A stretch of 64,000 nt of DNA from Eledone cirrhosa. Its lineage: Eukaryota. Shown one piece after another: positions 53,005-64,000 of the stretch; position 1 is the stretch's first letter, and the number at the start of each line of letters is the position of its first letter. The notes under the pieces are model-generated. The model ran no database searches, was not told the origin of the DNA, and was given only the letters and a program-made list of their open reading frames with translations. The translations under genes were made by a program, and so were the position numbers. The stretch covers positions 49,600,001-49,664,000 of the forward strand of contig OZ024744.1 of assembly GCA_964016885.1 (NCBI GenBank). The letters run 5' to 3'.

Positions 53005-53323
53005 GTAGAGGTTATATTTAATTTGTTGGGATACAACAAGCAAAATATTTTTATAACTGATATAAAGCACTCAACAAATTATTGGAGTAAATATACAATA
53101 TATTAACAAATGGAAACTATATTTATAAAACCATATTTATTTCATTATACATATTTCAAGGGCCACCAAAGTAAACTATGGTGCGCTTTCATCATATTTT
53201 ATATTATATTTTATATTACATTTTATCTGATGAAAGCGCACCATAGTTTACTTTGGTGGCCCTTGAAATACGTATAATGAAATAAATATGGTTTTAATAA
53301 ATATAGTTTCCATTTGTTAATAT

Positions 53324-53331
<8 letters not shown>
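53005..53331. mobile_element. Fold-back hammerhead element (arms 53091-53194 / 53228-53331)
   Basis: ~104-bp inverted arms; same family as 30620-30840 and 34280-34430. Confidence 0.85.
53220..53283 (+). ncRNA. Type-I hammerhead ribozyme
   Basis: ATTTTAT-CTGATGA-AAG.GCACCA...TGGTG..CTT-GAAA-TACGTAT-A-ATGAAAT; helix III palindrome ATACGTAT. Confidence 0.82.
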
Positions 53332-53382
<51 letters not shown>

Positions 53383-53550
53383 GTTTTAATATAGATGAGA
53401 TTCTACAGGACTAGAACTGTTTCATTCTTGAGAAATCATCAGGAATTCTATATTAAAACTGTTATACTCTGCTATGTATTGAGTACCTTACTTACTGTGG
53501 TTACCTCCGATTCAACCCGGAATAACTTACCTATATATATATATATATAT

Positions 53551-54035
53551 ATATTGTTATACTTTGGGAGGGTCATGTTGCCAATAAGAAACACACGCAC
53601 CAGTTGCTTTCATTTCAATTTAATTTATTATATATTTATAAATTTACAAATTTATAAATTTCTGGTTGGTTGGTTGGTTCCACAACCAGATAGTTGTTTA
53701 TATATATATAGTCATAGTCATTTTTGAAAAATGGCGTAGGATAGAAGAAAGGAAAGGCACAGAAACGAAGAAAGAAATCCCCAGTCACTGAAGAGGTCAC
53801 AGAGTGTGTGACGAAAGAACTATGACTATATATAAACAACTATCTGGTTGTGGAACCAACCAACCAACCAGAAATTTATAAATTTGTAAATTTATAAATA
53901 TATAATAAATTAAATTGAAGTGAAAGCAACTGGTGCGTGTGTTTCTTATTGGCAACATGACCCTCCCAAAGTATAACAATATCGGTTTCAACACACGATT
54001 TCAGATAAAGAATCTTGCTAAACAAATTCAGAAAC
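53551..54035. mobile_element. Fold-back hammerhead element (arms 53551-53718 / 53819-53982)
   Basis: ~165-bp near-perfect inverted arms with the HHR in the loop. Confidence 0.88.
53783..53827 (+). ncRNA. Minimal type-I hammerhead ribozyme
   Basis: AGTCA-CTGAAGA-G-GTCACA-GAGTG-TGTGAC-GAAA-GAAC-T-A-TGACT; all stems pair. Confidence 0.85.
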
Positions 54036-54075
54036 GAAATATATATATATATATATATATATATAGCGAGGGAAA

Positions 54076-54297
54076 AGTGGTAAGGAACCAGGTGGACCAT
54101 AACGCACCAAAGTACTCAATACTTAGGGTAGTAGAGTGGGTAATAGGAGTAAGTAAGACCCCGACGGCTGAGCTCAAGCCTGTTTCGACGGCTAATTCTG
54201 TACTCAGCTAATTCCAGTACAGAACAGGACGGCTAATTCCAGTACAGAATTAGCCGTCGAAACAGGCTTGAGCTCAGCCGTCGGGGTCTTACTTACT

Positions 54298-54302
<5 letters not shown>
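54076..54302. mobile_element. Fold-back element with partial hammerhead (perfect 62-bp arms 54143-54204 / 54241-54302)
   Basis: Helix II GACGGCTAATTC-CAGTACA-GAATTAGCCGTC, GAAA, long palindromic helix III AC(A)GGCT(T)GAGCTCAGCCGT, C, GGGGT. The 5' core is lost at the fold centre. Confidence 0.78.
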
Positions 54303-54351
<49 letters not shown>

Positions 54352-54404
54352 TATATATACATATGTATGTAAAGATATATATATAGAGAGAGAGACTATC
54401 CATT

Positions 54405-54442
<38 letters not shown>

Positions 54443-54664
54443 TTATATTACACAAGTACCAGTAATGCACTGGTTAATTGCTGGCCTTGTGCCAAGAGTA
54501 GAAACAATTATATGTGTGTGTAAGTCTCTGTATGTATGCATGTATGTATGTCACCAATGTCAACACTCAAGTTGTTTCCTGTCCCTATATGGAAGCAGGA
54601 TGTGTATATATATGTATATGTATATGTATGTTGTTTGTGTGTTTATGTGCGTAAATATAATGGA

Positions 54665-54706
<42 letters not shown>

Positions 54707-54711
54707 AGTAT

Positions 54712-54742
<31 letters not shown>

Positions 54743-54954
54743 CAAACAAATATGTGGGTGCCTTTTTGTGTGCACGTCTGTATATGTGTAAAACGTGCAT
54801 ATATATATATATTTCGCTACATATATATGTGTGTATGTATACTACATATATATGTATATATATATAGAGAGAGAGAGGGGAGGGGGAGTAAGAGAGATAT
54901 ACACGCACAGACAAATAAAAAATATATAGATGCACATTCACACGCACACATACA

Positions 54955-55021
<67 letters not shown>

Positions 55022-55152
55022 GTATGTGTGTGCATGCTCTGGTTTTGTAATTAATTAAATTAACACCATATGCTAACGAACTTTCTAAGCAGGAAGCGAG
55101 AAATTAATTTAAATATGCGTGCGTACGTGTGTGTGTGTGTGTGTGTGTGTAT

Positions 55153-55226
<74 letters not shown>

Positions 55227-55534
55227 TAAAAATGACAAACAGAAAGATACAAAAACAATTATTCTTATTAGTTTCACGCTTTGGAGGAAAGAGAGAAAAA
55301 ACTTCTTCGACGTATCAGCCGTTAGTCTTTCATTGGGCATACAAGAGTTCAGAGATTAGAAAATAAAAAGCATAAAGAGGTGAATATATGAGTGTCTGTG
55401 TGTTGCTTTTAATTTTGTGTGTGTATTAGAGTAAATGTTGTAGGAATGGGCTATACATATATTGTTATACTTTTGGAGAGTCATGCTACCAATAAACACC
55501 CTCACAAGTTGAGTTTAATATCAGTTTTATTGGT

Positions 55535-55722
55535 GGATTGGCAGTATTGGTAGAGGGTTGGACGCCATGTTGTGTTGCATAGAGTTACGGCTCTTGCCAA
55601 TCTGGGTTCAAATCCCGCCGAGGTTAACTTTGCCTTTCATCCTTACGGGGGTCAATAAAATAAAGTACCAGTAATACACTGAGTAATTGCTGGCCTTGTG
55701 CCAAAAGTAGAAACAATTATTA
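55535..55722 (+). mobile_element. SINE (Meta-SINE-like family)
   Basis: Paralog of 35752-35955. Confidence 0.8.
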
Positions 55723-55875
55723 GTTAGGTAATTGATCTATTCCTTGGTTAGTTTAATAACTAGATGGTTATTTAATTGTCAAAGCTCTTTCATCACACAT
55801 TGTGTGACCTACTCAGTTACCATTCTTGCCTCTGTGTGTCTCCTCTTTGTTTCAATTTTGTTATATTTACTCCAG

Positions 55876-56043
55876 GATTTATCAATTCTTCAGATGACTC
55901 CCTAGCAGACGCATATCTAGGGTATGGCAAGCAAGGCATGAGCCATGGACACTACTTGAAAGAGGGCGCTACCTGGGCTAGGAGCAGTTTCATAAAGTCA
56001 GATAAGCTATGGCCAGAGAGTGAAAAAAGAAACTTCTTCAGAT
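55876..56043 (+). CDS. Candidate internal coding exon of an unknown host gene
   Basis: Pyrimidine-rich acceptor ...TTTACTCCAG|, donor |GTATGA, 168 bp, phase 1-1. Only that frame is open (FINSSDDSLADAYLGYGKQGMSHGHYLKEGATWARSSFIKSDKLWPESEKRNFFR), and the sequence is unique and non-repeat. Confidence 0.55.
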
Positions 56044-56464
56044 GTATGACCTGTCTTTGATTATCATGGATGAGAAACATATAGTGGCTGGATCATAAAC
56101 CATTTATATAAATTATTAGGACAATAGGAAAAATACAGTGCTGGGAACTACATGATCACAGAAATATACCTCATAGTATGACTTGTCAAATATTTTAATA
56201 GGATTTTAATATTTGTCAAAGATCAGTATTACACAGATCACTCCCTTTAAATACACTAACACTTTTGTCAATACTTTTCATATACTTAAGCGTAAAGGAT
56301 ACTTGTAGAACAAATGAAAATGCAGTTTAACACCCTAAACCCTCATTTATTTAAAATGTGCTGTCAATCCCATTGTCTAACAACTACTATATAGCTTGCT
56401 GCATGGACAGGGGCACAATTTCAATGTTTGCCATAAGTGCTATTTTCCCTAGTTACGCTTCTGC

Positions 56465-57716
56465 TCCATAGAAATAGTTGACAGTTTCCACTACTTGGGT
56501 GACCAAATTAGTAGCATAGGTGGGTATTCATAAAAATACTGTAGTCAAGATTAGAATTGTTTGGAAAACGTTCAGGGAGCTACTACCAATGCCTGTTACA
56601 AATAGGCTCACTCTCAGTGTGAAAGACAGATTATACAATGTCTTTGTGTGGAAGATAATGATGCATGAAAGCAAGATTTGATCCTTCAGTGCAGAAGATT
56701 TTTGCAAAAAAATTTGGGAAACGTAGTGAGCATTCTCTAATGGATGTATAATAGTTGTGTGCAAAGAACAAATAAGTATTATTGGGCTGAGACAAAAAGT
56801 TGGCATAAGAGGGTTTTCAAGGGAGAATACTGTGTTGGTATGGCCATGTGATAGGTATAAAGGATGAGAGCTACATAAAGAAGTGCAGGACACTCATAGC
56901 TGAGGGACATTTGAAAGAGAAAAACTAAGAAAATATGAGACAAAGTGGTAAAGGCTAACCTTAAAAAGTTGAGCCTCACAGAGGAGATGTCACAGGATCA
57001 AGTTGACTGATGATATGCCATAACACAGAAGACAAGCATGGTTGTAGAAGTCAGAAAAATCTAACAACATTTATACTGTCACCTTCCAAGACCCCCCTCT
57101 TCCCTATCAATCCCCCACCTACCTAGTCTCCTTCCTTACACAATTGACCCCCCCCCACACACACATTTAGTCACTCCCTTTTTCTACATATTTGAATTCA
57201 TTCCTTCCTCTTCCTCTCATTAACACCACATCAAACCAATGCCAGAATGGAAAGACATACTACCTCTACCCATTGTACTCTCTCTTCTCGAAGGCCTTGA
57301 TCATGACCCAAACTTACTCTCCTTTTTCCTGTCCCCTCTTCATCCCATGGAAAGCTGGACTCACCAATAATATCACCAGATGTCTCTCACATCCCTTCAA
57401 GCTGTCCCTACCCCCATAAGCTAACAAAACATTGACTATACCCCACTCTTATCCCTCCTCCTACACTCACTATCACTGTCTTTCCATCTTGGTTGAGGAC
57501 ACAAGCACCCTTGTATTGAAATGTGGTAGTACTGGTTCTACAATAATATGCACTACGTCCTTAATAGAAAGTGGAAGTGCTGGTGTCACAATAAAATGCA
57601 CCCAGCCTGCACTGTAAAATGCATTAGGAAGAGTATCCTGCTGTAGAAACGATTCCAAAATGGAATGCCTAAGTAAACCCATATAAGCAGAAAAAATAGA
57701 TGTAAAACGATGATCA
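56465..57716 (+). mobile_element. Old, highly decayed RTE 3' portion
   Basis: IEIVDSFHYLGDQI, WKTFRELLP and WYGHV remnants; 3' UTR TTAGGAAGAGTATCCTGCTGTAGAAA. Confidence 0.8.
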
Positions 57717-58065
57717 TACGCGCACACACACACACACACACACATACACACACCTATATCATCATAACCATTTAATGTCCATTTTTTAATGTTAGCATTA
57801 TTCATAATCCTATGATCCACCCCTGCCCACCATACACATACCATACCAGATAGACATAAATTAAATTGAAACATTTCAAATATGTCTGCCAAAGCCATAC
57901 ACCTGTCCTCCCAGTGAAGCAACAGCCAATCTTCACCAATTACTGGTGTAGAAGTAACAGACATCATCAGGTTGCAGCTGTTATTTTACATAGTTTCTAT
58001 ATTACTCTGCAAGGACTACTACCCAATTAGGTAACTGGCATTACATTTACACATAATCAGTACAA

Positions 58066-58125
58066 GATAGATAGATAGAAAAATAGATAGAGATAGAGAT
58101 AGATAGATAGATAGAAAGATAGATG

Positions 58126-58205
<80 letters not shown>
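58066..58205. repeat. (GATA)n microsatellite
   Basis: Direct observation. Confidence 0.95.
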
Positions 58206-58675
58206 TATTTCTTTATTAGCCACAGGGGCACAAAAGAAGGGGACAAATACAAAGGGGGAAGTTTACATACAATAAAAACGTGTAAAATGTTATCACAGAT
58301 GGAATTTAAAAGTTAGTCGATTTTCCCCAATAGAGGGAGACAGTTTATATGGGTAACACAGACCCCCGAAAAAAATGTGCAACCCTCATCTCCAGGAGTA
58401 CGAAGAGCTTGTACTCCTTTCCTCTCCTCCTCCTTTTCCTCAACCTACAGGCTGATATAGAGAGAAGGCCCAAACAGACAGATAGACAGACAGATAGATA
58501 GATAGATGTTGTTCCTATTGTATCAGACAGATATATAGAAAGATAGCAACTATTTGTCAACTGACCAGCCGGTTAAGACAGAGAGTGTGTGTGTATGGAG
58601 GAAAATAGCAAATTCCCATTTCACAAACAAATAAGAACAAAGCAGTTGTAACAGGACATTTGCATATTATTATAA

Positions 58676-58722
<47 letters not shown>

Positions 58723-58978
58723 CATATATACATGTGCACGCACACACACATATATACAGTAATACTCCGATTGCATGTACCTTGTAACGGAAAAACATAA
58801 AATTATTTATCGAAAATAATAGTCTGTTTAATATATGTTTTATATGCATATTATATATCTCAAGAGTGTATCTAGCTATCTATCTATACACAAACACACA
58901 CACACACATGTGCATATATATACATATATATGTATATATATTTATATATATATATGTATATATATATATATGTATATA

Positions 58979-59060
<82 letters not shown>

Positions 59061-59125
59061 TTTATATATATATATATATAATCATCATCATTTTACACCT
59101 GTTATCCATGTAGGCATGGACACAA

Positions 59126-59219
<94 letters not shown>

Positions 59220-59349
59220 CCGCACATGCACGCATACATGGACACACACAATCCATTATAAAATCTATTACTTGGTGATTTTCTTATCATGAAAACACGC
59301 ACTGAAATGCTTAAGAATAATCAATTTATTTGTGGGAACATATGTATGA

Positions 59350-59387
<38 letters not shown>

Positions 59388-60024
59388 TATCATCATCATC
59401 AGTTACCGTCCATGTTCCTTGCCCATACATATATGTGTCTACACCTAACACACACATACACATATATACATATGTATAGCATTTATAAGTCAATAGTGCT
59501 ACAAATAGATATATTTTATATGCAAGAATAAATGGATATATTTGTGTACACTTTATATTTTAGCTGTTAATAACAATTCTCACTGAAGATGGCCAGAGGG
59601 TGTATCGAATATGTTGTTTATTTTACGTTATCATAGAAAAATCTATATATTTTGTAGTTAAAAGCCAATACCTGCATGTGTAAATATGTACACCTACACA
59701 GACACAGGCACACATATTTGTCTATATGTATGTATCTATATGTGTATGTATACATTTATGGGTATTGAAATCATCCCTTTACAGACATAAAGGAATGATT
59801 ATGCTGATATATGAATATGTGTGTGTACATATATAAATATCTATATATGTATATATGTATATATATTCCTGCATATATCTATCTTTTTTTTTTTATAAAA
59901 ACACAAATATACTTGTGTGTGTATGTGTGTGCGTATGTGTGTGTGTGTGTATGTGTGTGGGTGGGTGTTTGTGCTTGTATGTGTGTGCACACGTTTGTGG
60001 GTGGGTGCGCATGCAAATGTGTAT

Positions 60025-60168
60025 GTGTTTGTTTCCGTCTGCTAAATTCCACTCAAAAAATTATTGGTTAACCTGAAGCTATAGTAAAAGTTCCATGCAG
60101 TGTGACTGAACCCAGCACCATGTGATTGCAAAGTTAACTCCTTAACTGCACAGCAATACCTGCACCTA
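60025..60168 (-). mobile_element. Decayed tRNA-derived SINE (third family)
   Basis: Minus strand: GGTGCAGGTATTGCTGTGCAGTTAAG...GGGTTCAGTCAC...TACTATAGC...GAGTGGAATTTAGCAGACGGAAAC. Confidence 0.6.
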
Positions 60169-60249
60169 TACACACACACACACATATATATATATTTATA
60201 CTCAAACATACACACCATTTATATATATACTCATATATATGTGTGCGTG

Positions 60250-60384
<135 letters not shown>

Positions 60385-60451
60385 GCACACATATATATGA
60401 GTATATGTATATATACCTATATATATAAATGGTGTGTATGTTTGAGTATAA

Positions 60452-60491
<40 letters not shown>

Positions 60492-60604
60492 TTCAAACAT
60501 GCTCAGAATAATAAAGATATTGATCTCGTATTGATACGGTATTGGGGTGATATTGATTTTTATTAAGGAGGGTGACAAAAAAAATTATTGATTTGAAGAT
60601 AGCG

Positions 60605-60900
60605 TGTGCTGTGTGTGTTGGTGGTGGCAGTAGAGAAGCTGTTGGTGTTTATGTTGGTGGGAGTGCAATGGTGATTGTGGTGGTGGTGGTGGTGTGGTGG
60701 GGCTGCTGGGAGTGATTGGGGTAGTGGTGTCATTGGTAGTGTAGAGGTGGTGGTGTGGTAGTTGTGATGGTGGTAGTGGTGTCATTGGTAGTGTAGTGGT
60801 GGTGGTGTGGTAGTGGTGTCATTGGTAGTGTAGTGCTGGTGGTGTGGTAGTACTGCTGGTGGTGATTGGGGTAGTGGTAGTGGTGTTGCTGGTTTTTCGG
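60605..60900. repeat. (GTG/GTA)n-rich minisatellite
   Basis: GTAGTGGTGTCATTGGTAGTGTAG repeated three times among GGT runs. Confidence 0.85.
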
Positions 60901-60992
60901 TGTGTGAGTATGTAATTTTGGGGTACACAAATATGTGTGCAAATATACATATATATATGTGTGTTTCTATGTGTGTGTGTGTGTGTGAGTGA

Positions 60993-61024
<32 letters not shown>

Positions 61025-61214
61025 ATGTGTGTGTGTGAGTGAGTGTGTGTATGTATGTGTGTGTGTGTGTGTGTGTGTGTCTGTTTTTATGAACTCTAAC
61101 TTAGCAATATGACAAAAGGAGAAATTGAGAAAATATGTACTGTGGTCGATATGAGAAATCAAATCCCTTCAAGCCACTGCCCCAGCATGGCACCAAGAAA
61201 AGAACATATATATA

Positions 61215-61311
<97 letters not shown>

Positions 61312-61503
61312 TGATCATACATAGGGAAATATATTTATCTATTGAGCTCTTTATATATATTCACATTTATATATATATACACATATATAGAATTATATAT
61401 ATATATACATATATATATACATATATATACTTTGTCATATGCATTACAATGTATAATTAATATTGTTTTCTGTAATATTCTGGCATAAGTGTGCTCTGGA
61501 ATG

Positions 61504-61535
<32 letters not shown>

Positions 61536-61610
61536 CATTTTACTTCCATTGAGCTCTTTACAGAACAATGAAATTGAGATGTTTTTATTTCGATTTATTA
61601 TATATGTCAA

Positions 61611-61649
<39 letters not shown>

Positions 61650-61734
61650 GTATGTGTGTGTATGTATATATATGTCAATTAATATATATATATATATATT
61701 TATATGTGTGTGTATGTATATATATATATGTCAA

Positions 61735-61777
<43 letters not shown>

Positions 61778-62080
61778 ATGTATGTATATGTATATATATA
61801 TGTCAATTAATATATATGTCAATTAATATATATATATATATTAATTGACATATACATATATTATTATTATTATTATTAATAAATATATGCATATATAAAT
61901 ACATTGTACACATGTGTTTATTAATCGCTTGGGTGTTCCTGCTTTGGTTAATATACTAAAGGGATTCATCAAAAAGGGTAAGTTTAGATTTAATGATAGT
62001 TTGGATCCATACATAATCCATATGTGTATATATATATATATACGCACGTAAAATGATGATGATGATGATGATGACACACA

Positions 62081-62137
<57 letters not shown>

Positions 62138-62159
62138 GTGTATGTATGTATGTATGTAT

Positions 62160-62470
62160 TTGTTTTGTAAGGTTCTTTATATGAAATCGTGTGTTGAAAC
62201 AAATATTGTTATACTTGGGAAGAGTCATATTGTTATAATATTGCCAGAAATAATAATAAAACACACTGTTTGGTTTGGATTGGTTTTCACTTCTGTATGT
62301 TTTATATCCCTATAGTTAATTTAGCTGGCAATCAATGTTTATCATTGATTGACCAACATTTAAAAATATGGATATAAATATATATATATAGTCTCTCAGA
62401 TTTCTTTTGTCACACACCTGTGACATCATCAGTGATACTATTATGTTTCCTCCCCTTGTATTGTATTGTT
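62160..62470 (-). mobile_element. Hammerhead module of the 8809/53551 family (HHR 62396-62435)
   Basis: TCA-CTGATGA-T-GTCACA-GGTG-TGTGAC-AAAA-GAAA-T-C-TGA (GAAA>AAAA); same terminal sequence as 9045-9115. Confidence 0.72.
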
Positions 62471-63125
62471 TACTTATTCTATTATTTATTTATTTATTTA
62501 TTTATTGTTGTCTCTGTTTGCACATGTGTTTGTGTGCGTGTTTACTATTTGGTGTGTGTTCATGTGTTCATGTCTAAGTCTGTGTGTGTTTGTATTCTAT
62601 CTTTGGTCTCTACTGTGTGGTTGTTGTTATTGTACCTGTGTATATTTGTTTCTGTGTTTGTGTATGGTTCAGTACTATATGGACATGCCAGACTAAGACA
62701 TGGTAATATAGACAACATAGAAAATAAAATAATATCTAAACATAGGAGTGACTCAACAGCCTCTTGGATTGTGTTTACCATTATTCCTTTATTATATAAC
62801 TATTGTGCAATGTACATCTGATGATGTCACCAGGCCTATATAACCAGGCCACTGAAATCTACATAGTGTTTGTAGGAATAAATCTTTGAAGGAATTTCAC
62901 CAGTCTGACCTTCTGTAATTTTACGCTATATATATATATATCATCATCATCATCATTATCGTCATTTAAAATCCATTTTCCAAGGTAACATCGGTTAGAC
63001 GGGTTGTCCCATTGAGGCAAGTTGGGTCAGGTGACCGTGTCTTGCTCATATAGAACTGTTTTGGGCTATATTTCTACAGCTGGATGTTCTTCCTAACACA
63101 TATATATAATACATATATATATACA

Positions 63126-63173
<48 letters not shown>

Positions 63174-63469
63174 CATATGTATATCAAATTTAAACCGAAA
63201 TCTCACTTTATGGGGAGATATAAAAAGGCAATTTTTACTTAAATAATACTCCAACCATGGTTTCATAAACTCAAGATACACAGCACCTGGAATCCCAAGA
63301 CATTGGCATGATCAATACTGGAAGAATTGAAGTTTTATCATCAGGTGGTGAATTCCTCATAAGAATTTATTCATACAACAATTCAATTATACAACACTTT
63401 ATTCATACATTAGATCTAGCAGTGAATTGGTATGTATGATGATTTTTCTATTTTGTTCCCATAGTCTGT

Positions 63470-64000
63470 ATTACTGCATAATGCCAGAGATCACCATCCT
63501 GTGTCATTGCCTTTGAGAGATGCAGTTGTGCAAGGTCAGCATTTATCACCTCATCTAAAGTCTTACTAGGTCTTCCTACACCATAGCTTCCATCAACTTT
63601 GAGCCCCTCCACATTTTTTTATACAGTTGTTATCCTTCATAAGCATCACATGTCCATACCAACAAAATCTTCTCTCCTGCACACTATACCTGATGCCACA
63701 TTGATGTTCTTATACATGCCTCATACAATCTGCCCTTCATTTTGAAGAAAAAACCTTTTGTAGTTAGCAGCGGTAGTAGCTCGTTGAACTTTTTCCAACC
63801 CATTCTCATTCTGGTTACAGTGCTTTCGGAACACCTTCTTCCACTACTAATTTTGTCACTATCTACTACTTCTACAGAATCCTCTAGGCATTTGAAGGAG
63901 TTAGTATCCTGTGAGCTCTTACAACTTACTGTAGCTGAGCATTGGCCACATATAAAACATAGGTTCTTTGATAGCCTGCCTGAGATCCCACTACATCTTT
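63470..64000 (-). mobile_element. Decayed RTE fragment (additional 3' UTR piece at 62940-63098)
   Basis: [24 protein letters not shown] and WYGHVM remnants. Confidence 0.85.

Noticed and set aside
60585-61162. His/Thr/Pro-rich ORFs
   Set aside because: Translations of the (GGT)n and (GT)n repeats.
62813-62875. Weak hammerhead-like motifs (also 2123-2165, 30530-30550, 44063-44090, 59583-59615)
   Set aside because: The core or helices are incomplete; they may be decayed copies but cannot be supported individually.
63285-63345. Possible small exon (also 57860-57975)
   Set aside because: Weak splice signals and no recognisable peptide.

Overview
This is repeat-dominated animal genomic DNA, most likely from an octopus (inferred from the large (TA)n/(TACA)n microsatellite load and the SINE types). 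It contains at most one host exon candidate (55876-56043, +). Transposable elements recognised: about 15 RTE-clade LINE copies, one with an intact ORF (5098-8361) encoding APE, RT and a PHD-type C4HC3 finger inserted inside the RT; tRNA-derived SINEs that borrow the RTE 3' end; two CR1-group LINE relics; two Penelope-like element (PLE) relics; a full-length mellifera-type mariner; and non-autonomous Helitron-like elements. The main signal not explained by the ORF track is about 20 type-I hammerhead ribozyme (HHR) motifs from at least 8 unrelated sequence families. They show compensatory pairing, palindromic helix III and, in several cases, very long helix II. Most lie in short ORF-less modules embedded in (TA)n, and at least 8 of these modules are fold-back palindromes. 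All structures were folded by eye; no database searches were run.
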